DNA of 64,000 nucleotides from Nostoc sp. Its GTDB lineage: Bacteria > Cyanobacteriota > Cyanobacteriia > Cyanobacteriales > Nostocaceae. The position numbers and the translations under genes were made by a program. This document shows positions 38,365 to 48,658 of this stretch, piece after piece (the first letter of the stretch is position 1; the number at the start of each line of letters is the position of its first letter). The notes beneath the pieces were generated by a model, which was not told the DNA's origin, did no database searches, and saw only the letters and a list, made by a program, of their open reading frames with translations. Where the stretch lies: contig NZ_JBALDC010000040.1 of NCBI RefSeq assembly GCF_036917575.1, positions 83 through 64,082 of the forward strand, in the 5' to 3' direction.

Positions 38365-40362
38365 CTACGTTGAAGGCGATTGCACTAATGCCTCAGCTAC
38401 ATAGAGAATTGGATATTTTTTAAGAATGGGTTCTATAGTGATTTCTGTCAAATGTACACTTAACTCAAGCATATAACCTGTTTCTGTAAAGCAATAAAGG
38501 GCTGTAAATGAGTCTGTATTGGCAGCTTGCCATAGTCCGATAGTACGACCAATACGTTTTAGTTCTAAGTAAACTTTTTCATCATTTGTAATGAACTTGA
38601 GGCAATTTGGTTCGCTTCCTTTGATAGTTACTATTCCAGATTCTAGTTCAATTTGTTTGCCTTCTAGAGTGAGCTTGTTACTGCGAATCGCTTCCCACCC
38701 AAAATGACCTATCATCTCGGCAACTTTATACCCTTGCTTATATAGCTCTTCTGCTTTTTTATGCTCTTTCTGGACACTTCGCTCAAGTTCAGCCCGAATA
38801 TGGTATGGATATCCAGCGTCAGCAGCGTCGTAAGTTCCTGTATGTTCTTTTAAAAGTTTAAGACCAGCAGCCGGAAGAGGATTCCATAAATGAAGATTTG
38901 CAATATTAACCTTAGCCACAGATATTCCAGCTTCAGCTGCTTTAGCATACGCAAGATATGCAAGTGAATAAAGTTTTAATTCAGAAAACGCACGCCCTAG
39001 ATTATTTGCAGCAGTTCCTTGAACATCAACCTGATCTGCACATTGAGCGAAATAAGTAAGCAAAGAAGACCATTTATGATCGAGAGCCAACTCTGTGAGG
39101 GCGTTGAGCATAATTGAAGAGTCAGCTTTATCGCTTAAACCAGTTAATAAAATAACTAGTTTCTCAAGAAAGTGAGGCTTTTGGTCAAGATTTTGCCACG
39201 TTTCTACAGTTTCAGTTCTAAGGTCTCTATCTTCACTTACCATTGCTTGTCGTAAGTTGTTAAGTGCTATCTCTTGCTCACCGATTTTGAATCTCTTCTT
39301 AGCTAAATAAAGAGTTGCCGGGTTAGAAAATAAAGTAGCATTTTTGGCTGTAGCTAGACGTAGGCATTCTTCATAATAGGAGATGGAAGCAGCAACACGA
39401 GATTCAAATAAGCCAAGCCAAAACTGGCAATGGTAAGTATTACGTAATTCAGGAGCTAACGACTCTAGCTCCTTTAGAGGGTTACGTTCTTCCCGATCAC
39501 TATTTAGCAATCTCACAATTTTAATATTTGCTTTATCTTCGTTGGTGGATGCAGTTTCTTCAAGCCGATCAAATATCGTGTTAGCTTTCTCTACTTCTCC
39601 ACGTTGCAAAAGCTTAATTGCTTGAGGTAGAGATGAAGACTGTTCTATGTTTTCTTCAACAAGCTCTGATAGAGATGAAGACTGTTCTATGTTTTCTTCA
39701 ATAATCTCTATTTTTTGATAAGCTTCAATTTGTTTAGAAAAAGTTTGATATCGTTGACTTAAACGTGTCTTAATATTACCACCGACCGCCTGAGCGACTG
39801 CAATTAAGAGATTTTTAACTTCTTCTCGATCAGATGCTCGCACTGTTTGATAGTCAGCCATAGTACTAGCTAGCTCACTTGGGCTTGTACCAACTAGTAA
39901 GGGTGCATACAACTGATTGCGTCCCCAAGCAGCTCCAGCTTCAAAGAAAAGCCACTCACGTTCCTTGGATTGCTGAGTAATGATAGCAATAAATGCTCGT
40001 GAAGATTGTGCGGCTGCTTGTATCTGGGGTTTGTAACCGATGTTAGATGGACGTAGACCACCTGCCCCAGCAACAAAAACGTGAGGTCGAGGTTCTATTG
40101 CTGCCTCAATCAGTTCTTTAAGAGCAACTGCAAGACTTTGATCGGGGCTAGTACGATAGGAAATAAATACCTCAAATTCACTGGAAACCTTTTCAGTTTT
40201 GAAACTACTATTGCTTGACTGGCTTATTTGAACTACCGAGGATTGTAGAGATGCATGAACATTGTCTGACATAATTTGTTCTGAGCGGGCAGCCTTGTAA
40301 TAAGTTTTTTGAGCAGCAAGACCAAGTATAGCTTTCTGTTTTTCAGAAGCAATATAGTTCAC
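38365..40362 (-). CDS. TIR-domain protein fused to helical (TPR-like) repeats and an uncharacterised C-terminal domain
   Basis: The TIR-like block is FEVFISYRTSPDQSLAVALKELIE...HVFVAG...SSRAFIAIITQQSKEREWLFFEAGAAWG (aa about 62-150). The middle is helical-repeat and the C-terminal 130 aa are beta-rich. Alternative start at Met31 (40272). Confidence 0.8.
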   Translation of the reverse strand: MNYIASEKQKAILGLAAQKTYYKAARSEQIMSDNVHASLQSSVVQISQSSNSSFKTEKVSSEFEVFISYRTSPDQSLAVALKELIEAAIEPRPHVFVAGAGGLRPSNIGYKPQIQAAAQSSRAFIAIITQQSKEREWLFFEAGAAWGRNQLYAPLLVGTSPSELASTMADYQTVRASDREEVKNLLIAVAQAVGGNIKTRLSQRYQTFSKQIEAYQKIEIIEENIEQSSSLSELVEENIEQSSSLPQAIKLLQRGEVEKANTIFDRLEETASTNEDKANIKIVRLLNSDREERNPLKELESLAPELRNTYHCQFWLGLFESRVAASISYYEECLRLATAKNATLFSNPATLYLAKKRFKIGEQEIALNNLRQAMVSEDRDLRTETVETWQNLDQKPHFLEKLVILLTGLSDKADSSIMLNALTELALDHKWSSLLTYFAQCADQVDVQGTAANNLGRAFSELKLYSLAYLAYAKAAEAGISVAKVNIANLHLWNPLPAAGLKLLKEHTGTYDAADAGYPYHIRAELERSVQKEHKKAEELYKQGYKVAEMIGHFGWEAIRSNKLTLEGKQIELESGIVTIKGSEPNCLKFITNDEKVYLELKRIGRTIGLWQAANTDSFTALYCFTETGYMLELSVHLTEITIEPILKKYPILYVAEALVQSPST

Positions 40363-40492
40363 TTTAAAAAAGAAAATGAGGGGAGGTGTGAAATTGCGCG
40401 ATCGCTCTCCACAACAATAACTATTGTTTAACTACTGCTTAAAGAATAGCCACTTTAGCGATCGCACCTTGCATTCTCGCAGTAATTTGAAA

Positions 40493-40700
40493 TTAAAGTA
40501 AATCTTCTTCAGATAGCTGGGCTATTTTCATTAAAGCTTTCAAGATTCCAACTTTCAAATCTTGATTGCAGTGAACAGGAATTGACAGGATTTTTTCTAC
40601 TTAAGGGTTTTCATAAATATGATGACTGCCAGTAATTATCAGGGTTTGATCTACATCAATTGCCGTTAAGGTTTGGAGTTTTGCACTCCTGACTAGTCTA
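40493..40700 (-). pseudogene. hicA-like toxin remnant with in-frame TAA and no credible start
   Basis: The minus-strand frame reads ...LLLESRLVRSAKLQTLTAIDVDQTLIITGSHHIYENP*VEKILSIPVHCNQDLKVGILKALMKIAQLSEEDLL*. The internal stop is at 40601-40603. The GSH...P.H...DL..G.L pattern is HicA-like. Confidence 0.5.
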
Positions 40701-40720
40701 GATTCCAGTAATAAATCAAC

Positions 40721-40750
40721 ATTAGGGGCGTACAGATATACGCCCCTAAT
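40721..40750 (-). terminator. hairpin downstream of the GH57 gene
   Basis: A perfect 10-bp stem pairs attaggggcg with cgcccctaat around a 10-nt loop. It lies 32 nt after the stop at 40782. The U-tract is weak. Confidence 0.5.
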
Positions 40751-40781
40751 TGGTATTTCGCAAAACCAAAGGTATTAAGTT

Positions 40782-43016
40782 CTAAGGTACCTCAATGGGA
40801 ATCAAAGTATTTTCTGGCAAATAGTTGGAAAAACGCCCTTCATCTGCAAGCACCAAAATCAGGCGTAGAGGAGAATCTGGCGGAACTTGCAAGTCTGCCC
40901 ACGGCACTGCTAACTCTAAACAACTATTTAAAGCTACTTGAGCGCGACTGAAACGGGGATGCCATTGATGATTGTCTCCAGCTTCCCGAAACTGAATCGA
41001 TTGCGTTAGCAAGTTAACTTCTAAAAGATGGTGAAAAAGGTAATTAAGTGGGGCTGCATCTGGTACATCTGCCAAGGGAACTGGGCTATTGACCATTGCT
41101 TTTTCTGGATAGAACCACAGCAAATTCAACTCTGTTGGCAAATCCTGCCCTGGTGCAGCGCCACTTTTGAAGTCCAGCCGCAAATAGAAATTCAGGTGAT
41201 CGACTCCATACCAAAGTCGCTGGATGACGCTGCTATTGTGCATCGTTCCCCGCGCTCCGCCGATTTCTATGCGTCCAGCTTTGTCCCAGTCTTGTTCGTC
41301 ACCCCTACCATCAATCACGGGATGAATAAACCCTTGTGGGGTGTGATTTCCCTGTGCTTGGTGGTTTTCCACTGGTTGCTTGAGATAGGGCGGTACAGGT
41401 TCATTTAATGCCTTGTAAATACCAAATAAGTGTTCTCGAAACAACCGATCAAAGATGGCATCCTGATTTGAAGAGTGTCCTGCACCAAACCACCAGAACC
41501 AGTCGGAACCCTCTGCGGCATACAATGCTTCCCACGCTTCGGGGTTGTTTTCTTCCGTCGCTTCGGGATGACTTGCGAGCATAATTCTTGCTTCTGTTAA
41601 ATAATCCCAAGCACGATTTTTGGCGGGATCGCCAATCCAAGTGGTGAAACTGCCATCTACCCAAGAACCACTATGTAGTTGTCCTCCAGGAATAGTTGCT
41701 GTAGCTGGAAATTCTTCGAGAAATTCGGAGACGGTGACAAGTTTGAGGTGGGGTTCATCGCTCAAACTTTGATACAAAGCTTCTAGAAAGGGTTTGCCAT
41801 CTTGGGGATAAAATTCCCAGCAATTCTCGCCATCCAAAGCGATGGTAACTAGCCAAGGTTGTTCGCTTTGACTATCTCTTTGCATTTTAGCGATCGCTTG
41901 CAAATGTCCCACTAAATCTGCTGCTGCCTGTTTTGCTGGCATTGCACTATAAGTAAAGCCAATCAAATCTGATAATCTATGGTCACGAAACACAATTGAT
42001 AAATCACCCTCGGCGGTTTGGAGGCGATAGGGTCGGTACAGCAGTTCTGGTTGCTGCACATTTCCCGCTCCATCCCGATGAAAAAGATGTTTCAGCGTCG
42101 ACCCTAAGACGGTTTCATCTGAGCATATCCACTTAAATCCTTGGTTAATAATATCTGGAAGTATTGCTGGACTTACTGATTGTTCTGAAGGCCACAAACC
42201 ACGAGGTATCTGTCCAAAGCGGTCTTGATAAATGTCCCAAGCTTTCCGCAAGTGGCGGGGAATATCTTCTGCCCACTGAAAGCGTTGTTTAGGTAATGTC
42301 ATATTGGGCACAGCTACCCGACCGGAGTTAGTATCAGCTAGCAAAGGTAAAATCGGGTGGGTGTAAGGCGTAATGGTAACTTCTAGCTGCCCCGCATCTT
42401 GCATTTTCCGATGTTGGGGAATAATTCGGCTCAAGATTTCTCGCTGTTTGGAATAAATGCGCTGGCGATCGCCTAAAGTAAAATTCCGACCCTGTTTTAA
42501 CCAAGCAGCAATTTCTGGGTCATCCCAAAATAGCGGATCGATCCAAGCCAAATTGTGCCAAGCTAGCAAATCACCATAATCTGACAACTCCCAATTTGCC
42601 AAACACCAAGCTTGCCCTTTTTCCTGCCTTTGCTGGTACAACTGGGCATAGCGAGGATGAGGATCGATCAAGGTATGGTGATTGGCATCAAAAAAGTGTT
42701 GGATAATAAATTCGCGCTGTTGGTAGGTGAGTTGTTCATCTGGCGTTAAGCTGGCTGTGAGATAAGGGTCAAAAGCAGTGCCAGCAATATAATCTTCAAG
42801 TTGCAATATCAGCGATGGAACTAAATTCACCGTTTGGTGTAACTTAGGATATTGCTCTAAGAGTAATACTAAATCCAGATAATCCTTAGTTCCATGCAAA
42901 CGTACCCAAGGTAGGCGGTACTGCTGACTTGGAGATAGCGAAACGCCGCTGCCAGGAGATTTGTACAGCGGCTGATGTTGATGCCAGATAAAAGCAATGT
43001 AGAGAGGATGGGACAT
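40782..43016 (-). CDS. glycoside hydrolase family 57 protein (alpha-glucan acting)
   Basis: 744-aa ORF with the N-terminal GH57 signature LYIAFIWHQHQPLYKS...WVRLHGTKDYLD. Further motifs are ITPYTHPILPLL and WPSEQSVS. Confidence 0.9.
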   Translation of the reverse strand: MSHPLYIAFIWHQHQPLYKSPGSGVSLSPSQQYRLPWVRLHGTKDYLDLVLLLEQYPKLHQTVNLVPSLILQLEDYIAGTAFDPYLTASLTPDEQLTYQQREFIIQHFFDANHHTLIDPHPRYAQLYQQRQEKGQAWCLANWELSDYGDLLAWHNLAWIDPLFWDDPEIAAWLKQGRNFTLGDRQRIYSKQREILSRIIPQHRKMQDAGQLEVTITPYTHPILPLLADTNSGRVAVPNMTLPKQRFQWAEDIPRHLRKAWDIYQDRFGQIPRGLWPSEQSVSPAILPDIINQGFKWICSDETVLGSTLKHLFHRDGAGNVQQPELLYRPYRLQTAEGDLSIVFRDHRLSDLIGFTYSAMPAKQAAADLVGHLQAIAKMQRDSQSEQPWLVTIALDGENCWEFYPQDGKPFLEALYQSLSDEPHLKLVTVSEFLEEFPATATIPGGQLHSGSWVDGSFTTWIGDPAKNRAWDYLTEARIMLASHPEATEENNPEAWEALYAAEGSDWFWWFGAGHSSNQDAIFDRLFREHLFGIYKALNEPVPPYLKQPVENHQAQGNHTPQGFIHPVIDGRGDEQDWDKAGRIEIGGARGTMHNSSVIQRLWYGVDHLNFYLRLDFKSGAAPGQDLPTELNLLWFYPEKAMVNSPVPLADVPDAAPLNYLFHHLLEVNLLTQSIQFREAGDNHQWHPRFSRAQVALNSCLELAVPWADLQVPPDSPLRLILVLADEGRFSNYLPENTLIPIEVP

Positions 43017-43023
43017 AAGAATA

Positions 43024-43093
43024 GTTAGGAGTTAAGAATAAGGAGTTAGGAGTTGATTCAAAACTCATAACTCCTAACTCCTAACTCCTAACT
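43024..43093. repeat. inverted pair of heptamer arrays (GGAGTTA units facing TAACTCC units) forming a long hairpin
   Basis: ttaggagttaagaataaggagttaggagtt ... aactcctaactcctaactcctaact, between the nfu stop and the GH57 start. Confidence 0.85.
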
Positions 43094-43094
43094 T

Positions 43095-43325
43095 TTACAC
43101 CACTTGCTCAATTTCTGCAATTTCGGGAATCATTTCCTTAAGGCGACGCTCAATACCCATTCTCAGGGTCATTGCAGAACTGGGACAAGAACCACAAGCA
43201 CCTTGCAGCCGCAGTTTTACAACGGGCCCGTCAAGTTCTACGAGTTCCACGTTGCCGCCATCAGACATGAGATAAGGGCGCATTTCATCTAAGACTGTTT
43301 CAACGTTGTCAATTGTGAGTTCCAT
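43095..43325 (-). CDS. NifU C-terminal-domain (Nfu-type) Fe-S cluster scaffold/carrier
   Basis: 76-aa ORF with [29 protein letters not shown], which carries the CxxC motif. Confidence 0.9.
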   Translation of the reverse strand: MELTIDNVETVLDEMRPYLMSDGGNVELVELDGPVVKLRLQGACGSCPSSAMTLRMGIERRLKEMIPEIAEIEQVV

Positions 43326-43992
43326 AGTTTAGACCTGCTAAGTTAAGGATGGGTATGGGGAATGGAGAATGGGGCATGGGGCATAGTAAAATAATAACGA
43401 TCCCTATCACCAATGCACCCTTACTCATTAACCATTATCCAAAGTTTTATTTTCCAGCTTTGTTAAATCGATCCTAAATCTAGTTGCCGATAAATTGTCA
43501 GGTGTCAGTTTTTAATGACTTTTGACTAAACCACTGCTGATTTTAGCAACTTGAGATTAGATTAGCTGAAACTTTGTTTCCCTTTGAGCCTCCTACTTTA
43601 CTCTAGCCTTTAGGTTCTGTTTTGCAGTCCAACGGAAGACAGGATTTTAGGCTCCTCAGTACACTCCCTGTAAAAAAGGGTCAAAAATCTATTTCTCGTA
43701 AATGGAGTAAAGTCGAGCAAAAGCCAATATTTAAGCGTTTGTTGTATTTTGTTCTTCAACCGAATGGCATTCAGTTAAGATACAGCCGTTGCTCCAACTA
43801 GTTAAAAGGGCTTTTCTTAGTATCATTCGTTTTTCAACCCAATCTATAATTATATAACTTTAATGGTTATGGAAAGAACTCTTCCCAATTTTAAATTTAG
43901 TTATTAAATAATAGTTGCTCAAAAAATTTAAATTTAAAATCTCAAAACCCAGTATTGGTAATGTTCCAAATGACCAATGACCAATGACTAAA

Positions 43993-45756
43993 TCAACACT
44001 CAGCACTACTTGTTGAGTCGCCATCATTAGACGAAACCATAACTGGTTGTTGATATAGTGGCACGGTAAATGTGACTGTTGAGCCAAGTCCTTCGCCCAA
44101 ACTATAAAAATGTACCTCGCCGCCCATTGCCTCCACGAGCTTTTGAGATATTGCTAATCCCAAACCTGTGCCGCCGTACTGGCGAGTGCGGGAACCATCG
44201 ACTTGAGAGAATAATTGAAACAGTTTATCTTGTTTGTCTAAGGAAACACCAATACCAGTATCTGCTACACGTACTTTCACCATCCCAGGAAATTGCTGCT
44301 CTTGAAAGTTTGCCTTTTTGAGTACTAAATCGGCACTGACGGTAACGCCACCCTCATGGGTAAATTTGATCGCATTACCTACCAAATTGATCATTACTTG
44401 TAGCAACCGTTGGTAGTTGCTTTGGACAATGATTTCATCGGAGGTAGCAGGCATTTGCATCTGGAAGCTGAGGTTTTTCATTTCTGCTTGGGGACGCATG
44501 AAACCTTCTACAGCGCTGAATAGCTCATCTAGCTTGACTGGAGCGTAAGCTAGCTCCATTTTCCCAGCTTCAATTTTGGCAATGTCCAAAATATCGTTAA
44601 TGATATTTAGCAGATGTATCGATAAGTGATGAGCTTCTGCCAAAAACTGATTTTGTTCTTCTGGATCGTCTGCCATCCCTTCTAAAATCAGCTTCAAAAA
44701 GCCAATCATACCGTTAAGGGGGGTACGAATTTCATGGGATACATTAGCTAGAAACTCGCTTTTGAGGCGGGAAGCTTCTTCGGCTTTTTGACGCGCTATT
44801 TCTAATTCTTCATATAAAGTAGCATGAGCGATCGCAGTTCCCAATTGATCTGCTGCTTCTTTTGCCAGTTCTAATTCCAGTTCTGTTAATGTATAGCATT
44901 CATCCTGCCAATTCAAGGCAACCAATCCATTGGCTTGGTCTTGATAGCAAGTCGCAACTACCAAAGTTCTCTGCCGCCCAGACTCTTTGTATCCAGGCAC
45001 TTCCATCATAACTGGTTCTAGGGTTGCCAAGGCTTGAGCAAAGGCAGGCTCAGAAGCTATATCTATATCTAAGCCAAGCATTGATTTGAGTTCTTGCTGG
45101 CGATACTCAGCCTTCACCTGCACTTTTGAGCTTGAGGGCTGATAAGGACAAATAATGCAGCGTTCTACCCGCAGTGCTTTCCCCAAACTGTCAACTGTTT
45201 GCTGCCAAATAATATCCAAATCCAATGTCCGGCGAATATTTCTGGTAATGCGATTTACGAGTTTTTGGTGTTGTTGCGATCGTAAAGCTAACTCTATTTG
45301 TGTGGGCGTTTTTGCTGCCGCACACGCCTGTTTTTTGTTGAGTGTCGCTTGTACTAACCGTCCCATCACTAAAACTGTAGTGGCAGTTGTTCCCAAACTC
45401 GGCATAATCGGACTAATCGCTAAGTCCAACTCAAATAATTCCTTGTGATAGCTAAACCAACACTGAAACCTTTCTGGTACCAAACTTGTCAAAATTCGGT
45501 GCAATCGTTCCAAATAAGTAACCTTATCCACCGGGGCAAAGGTTTGAGTCTGGTTTAGGTCGTCAACTATTTTTTCAGTATTTAACCCCAGGAGTTCGCT
45601 ATACTGCCAATAAAAGGTCAGATAGTGTCCTGCCCCATTTTGCGTATAAACCAATTCAGCTCCTAGAGTTGGTAATGAGCCATCAGTATTACTGGTAATG
45701 GATTCCAGGTTTTGGGAAAATACATTCGACAATTGGGAATTGGCAGTAATAGTCAT
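43993..45756 (-). CDS. GAF-domain sensor histidine kinase
   Basis: H-box FLANVSHEIRTPLNGMIGF, N/G boxes NLVGNAIKFT and DTGIGV...GGTGLGLAIS. A GAF-like region lies upstream (WQQTVDSLGKALRVERCIICPY). Confidence 0.9.
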   Translation of the reverse strand: MTITANSQLSNVFSQNLESITSNTDGSLPTLGAELVYTQNGAGHYLTFYWQYSELLGLNTEKIVDDLNQTQTFAPVDKVTYLERLHRILTSLVPERFQCWFSYHKELFELDLAISPIMPSLGTTATTVLVMGRLVQATLNKKQACAAAKTPTQIELALRSQQHQKLVNRITRNIRRTLDLDIIWQQTVDSLGKALRVERCIICPYQPSSSKVQVKAEYRQQELKSMLGLDIDIASEPAFAQALATLEPVMMEVPGYKESGRQRTLVVATCYQDQANGLVALNWQDECYTLTELELELAKEAADQLGTAIAHATLYEELEIARQKAEEASRLKSEFLANVSHEIRTPLNGMIGFLKLILEGMADDPEEQNQFLAEAHHLSIHLLNIINDILDIAKIEAGKMELAYAPVKLDELFSAVEGFMRPQAEMKNLSFQMQMPATSDEIIVQSNYQRLLQVMINLVGNAIKFTHEGGVTVSADLVLKKANFQEQQFPGMVKVRVADTGIGVSLDKQDKLFQLFSQVDGSRTRQYGGTGLGLAISQKLVEAMGGEVHFYSLGEGLGSTVTFTVPLYQQPVMVSSNDGDSTSSAEC

Positions 45757-45930
45757 TAATTGAGTTGGATAGACAAAGAGTATCCGACCGTAATTTTACT
45801 AAAGCCGCTGAAATTTATACATAAATTTTTACAGCTTTCTTGTGTTTTATAAGGTATTTTTTGGTGTTTTGAAAACCAGATTGGCAAACTTTACTTTTTT
45901 TAACTTGCATTGACTAGTTAAATAATGGCC

Positions 45931-46233
45931 TCAATCATTCCATTCACCGCGAGGAGGAACAGAAGTACGCACAGGTGTACGCGTTAGTTCGTCATCTCTG
46001 AGGAGTTCACCCCGTAACCACTGGCGAATCGCCACCTCAATTACTTTACTTGGGTCATTGGTGAGATGCTGAATTTGCTTTAGTAACTCGGAGTCTAGGC
46101 GGACAGCAATTTCTACCTTATCGGCTTGTGTATTTTCCGCTTTGGTAGTTTTCTCTCTCATATTCATAGGTTTATATACTCTAAATTCTTGGAATTGGTT
46201 TTGTCTAAAGCTTTGTAAAGTAGTTATATTCAT
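45931..46233 (-). CDS. hypothetical small protein (possible ribbon-helix-helix)
   Basis: The ORF probably starts at an internal Met (MNMREK...). The VEIAVRLDSELLKQIQHL segment is RHH-like. No family was recognised. Confidence 0.45.
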   Translation of the reverse strand: MNITTLQSFRQNQFQEFRVYKPMNMREKTTKAENTQADKVEIAVRLDSELLKQIQHLTNDPSKVIEVAIRQWLRGELLRDDELTRTPVRTSVPPRGEWND

Positions 46234-46640
46234 TATTTGGGCTAATTCGCAAAAAAATTTTCAAGTGCACAATTAAATATTTCCCTGAAATAGCACCAAA
46301 GTAACAGCTTTAAGTTTTAAATCGCATTTTTCATATAACTGACTAGACAATAGCTCTAGAAGTTTTGCTAATAAATCAGCGCTCATAGGCAATTACTAGT
46401 CGCAATTACCCATGAACCCTACACGATCTCTACATGTACTTATTTACATTTATTGTACGCTCCTAGCTGTTGAATACTAGCAGCGACAAATAGACTTTCA
46501 TAATATTCTTAAATGGCCACCTATTTAGCTCGAAAGTTAAAGATGGGGTGAAGAGGGGAAAGAGGCAGGGGTGCAGGGGAGCAAGAGAGCAGGGGAAGAA
46601 TAATAACTCTTAACTCTTAATTCTTAACTTTTAACTCCTC

Positions 46641-46663
46641 ACTCAGCACTCAGAACTCAGCAC
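46641..46663. repeat. heptamer array (ACTCAGC/ACTCAGA units) upstream of lepA
   Basis: The run is actcagcactcagaactcagcac. It is preceded by AACTCTT-type heptamers and a G-rich tract (46545-46598). Confidence 0.85.
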
Positions 46664-46754
46664 TAAAAGCGGAGCGTCTTGGCTAAGAAAGCATTAAAAT
46701 ACATTAAGTAAATTGCCCTTTTAACTTTGGTTGCTGCTAAGGCAAAGATAGTAT

Positions 46755-48566
46755 ATGACTGACGTTCCCGCAGTTCGCATTCGCAATTTTTGTATTATTG
46801 CTCACATCGACCACGGGAAATCAACCCTCGCCGATCGCTTGCTACAAGCTACTGGCACTGTTGAAGACCGACAGATGAAGGAACAGTTTCTCGACAATAT
46901 GGATTTGGAACGGGAGCGCGGCATTACAATTAAGCTGCAAGCTGCCCGGATGAACTACACAGCCAAAGATGGTCAGCAGTATGTGCTGAACTTGATTGAT
47001 ACTCCGGGACACGTGGATTTCTCTTATGAAGTCTCCCGCTCTCTTGTTGCTTGTGAAGGAGCGCTATTGGTAGTAGATGCGTCCCAAGGTGTAGAGGCGC
47101 AAACTTTGGCTAATGTATATTTAGCTTTAGAGAATAACCTGGAAATTATCCCGGTTTTGAATAAAATTGATTTGCCAGGGGCTGAACCAGAACGGGTAAT
47201 TGGCGAAATTGAAGAAATTATCGGTCTAGATTGCAGTGGGGCGATTCTGGCTTCTGCTAAAGAAGGAATTGGTATTGATGAGATTTTAGAAGCAGTTGTT
47301 GAACGGATACCGCCACCACCAAATACGATAAATGAACGCTTACGAGCGTTAATATTTGATAGCTATTACGACAGTTACCGGGGAGTAATTGTGTATTTTC
47401 GGGTGATGGATGGCACCCTTAAAAAAGGCGATCGCATCCATTTAATGGCATCTGGTAAAGAATTTGAAATTGATGAAGTGGGTGTCCTTTCTCCGACTCA
47501 AAAGCAAGTTGAAGAACTGCACGCTGGGGAAGTCGGCTATTTGGGAGCGGCAATTAAAGCTGTAGCTGATGCACGGGTAGGAGACACAATTACCCTCAGT
47601 AAGGCGAAAGCAGATGCACCCTTACCAGGTTACGCAGAAGCGAACCCGATGGTTTTTTGCGGAATGTTCCCCATTGATGCCGATCAATTTGAAGATTTGC
47701 GCGAAGCCTTGGAAAAGCTGGAACTCAACGACGCAGCGCTGCACTACGAACCAGAAACTTCCAGCGCGATGGGGTTCGGTTTCCGTTGCGGGTTCTTGGG
47801 TTTGCTGCACATGGAAATTGTCCAAGAACGTCTAGAGCGAGAGTATAACCTAGATTTAATCATTACAGCCCCCTCAGTGGTTTATAAGGTGATTACCCTG
47901 AAAGGTGAGGAAGTGTACATTGATAATCCTAGTCGTTTGCCTTCTCCCAACGATCGCGAAAGAATTGAAGAACCTTACGTGCAAGTTGAGATGATTACCC
48001 CGGAAACTTATGTCGGCAGTTTGATGGAGTTGTCACAAAATCGTCGGGGGATCTTCAAAGATATGAAATATCTCGCCCAAGGACGAACCACCCTCACTTA
48101 TGAGCTACCCTTGGCGGAAGTCGTGACTGACTTTTTCGATCAGATGAAATCGCGATCGCGCGGTTATGCCAGTATGGAATATCACCTCATCGGCTACCGT
48201 GAAAATCCTTTGGTGAAGCTGGATATCATGATTAACGGCGATCCTGTGGATTCTTTGGCGATGATTGTACATCGAGATAAAGCTTACAACGTTGGGCGGG
48301 CAATGGCAGAAAAACTCAAGGAATTAATTCCCCGCCATCAATTCAAAGTGCCAATTCAGGCATCTATTGGCAGTAAAGTTATTGCCAGCGAACATATCCC
48401 GGCTCTGCGGAAAGATGTGCTAGCCAAATGCTACGGTGGTGACATCAGTCGCAAGAAAAAACTTTTGCAGAAGCAAGCAAAAGGTAAAAAGCGGATGAAA
48501 TCTGTAGGTACTGTAGATGTACCCCAGGAAGCCTTTATGGCAGTACTGCGCTTGGATCAAAGCTAA
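46755..48566 (+). CDS. lepA: translation elongation factor 4
   Basis: 603-aa ORF with [30 protein letters not shown] and NKIDLP. A LepA-specific C-terminal domain is present. Confidence 0.97.
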   Translation: MTDVPAVRIRNFCIIAHIDHGKSTLADRLLQATGTVEDRQMKEQFLDNMDLERERGITIKLQAARMNYTAKDGQQYVLNLIDTPGHVDFSYEVSRSLVACEGALLVVDASQGVEAQTLANVYLALENNLEIIPVLNKIDLPGAEPERVIGEIEEIIGLDCSGAILASAKEGIGIDEILEAVVERIPPPPNTINERLRALIFDSYYDSYRGVIVYFRVMDGTLKKGDRIHLMASGKEFEIDEVGVLSPTQKQVEELHAGEVGYLGAAIKAVADARVGDTITLSKAKADAPLPGYAEANPMVFCGMFPIDADQFEDLREALEKLELNDAALHYEPETSSAMGFGFRCGFLGLLHMEIVQERLEREYNLDLIITAPSVVYKVITLKGEEVYIDNPSRLPSPNDRERIEEPYVQVEMITPETYVGSLMELSQNRRGIFKDMKYLAQGRTTLTYELPLAEVVTDFFDQMKSRSRGYASMEYHLIGYRENPLVKLDIMINGDPVDSLAMIVHRDKAYNVGRAMAEKLKELIPRHQFKVPIQASIGSKVIASEHIPALRKDVLAKCYGGDISRKKKLLQKQAKGKKRMKSVGTVDVPQEAFMAVLRLDQS

Positions 48567-48627
48567 TAGAATTCAGCTAAATCATGTATTGCGCGTAGGG
48601 TAGGTTCCTCCTGCCCCTGACTTGAAA

Positions 48628-48658
48628 GTGCTGAGTGCTGAGTGCTGAGTGCTGAGTG
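48628..48658. repeat. heptamer array (GTGCTGA x4) downstream of lepA
   Basis: The run is gtgctgagtgctgagtgctgagtgctgagtg. Its reverse complement matches 46641-46663 at 22 of 23 positions. Confidence 0.9.

Noticed and set aside
41028-41408. 126-aa ORF antisense within GH57 (similarly 61352..61759 within guaA, 334..561 and others within the TonB receptor, 23585..23932 within the WD40 gene)
   Set aside because: These are nested antisense ORFs inside long, well-supported genes, which is typical of shadow ORFs.
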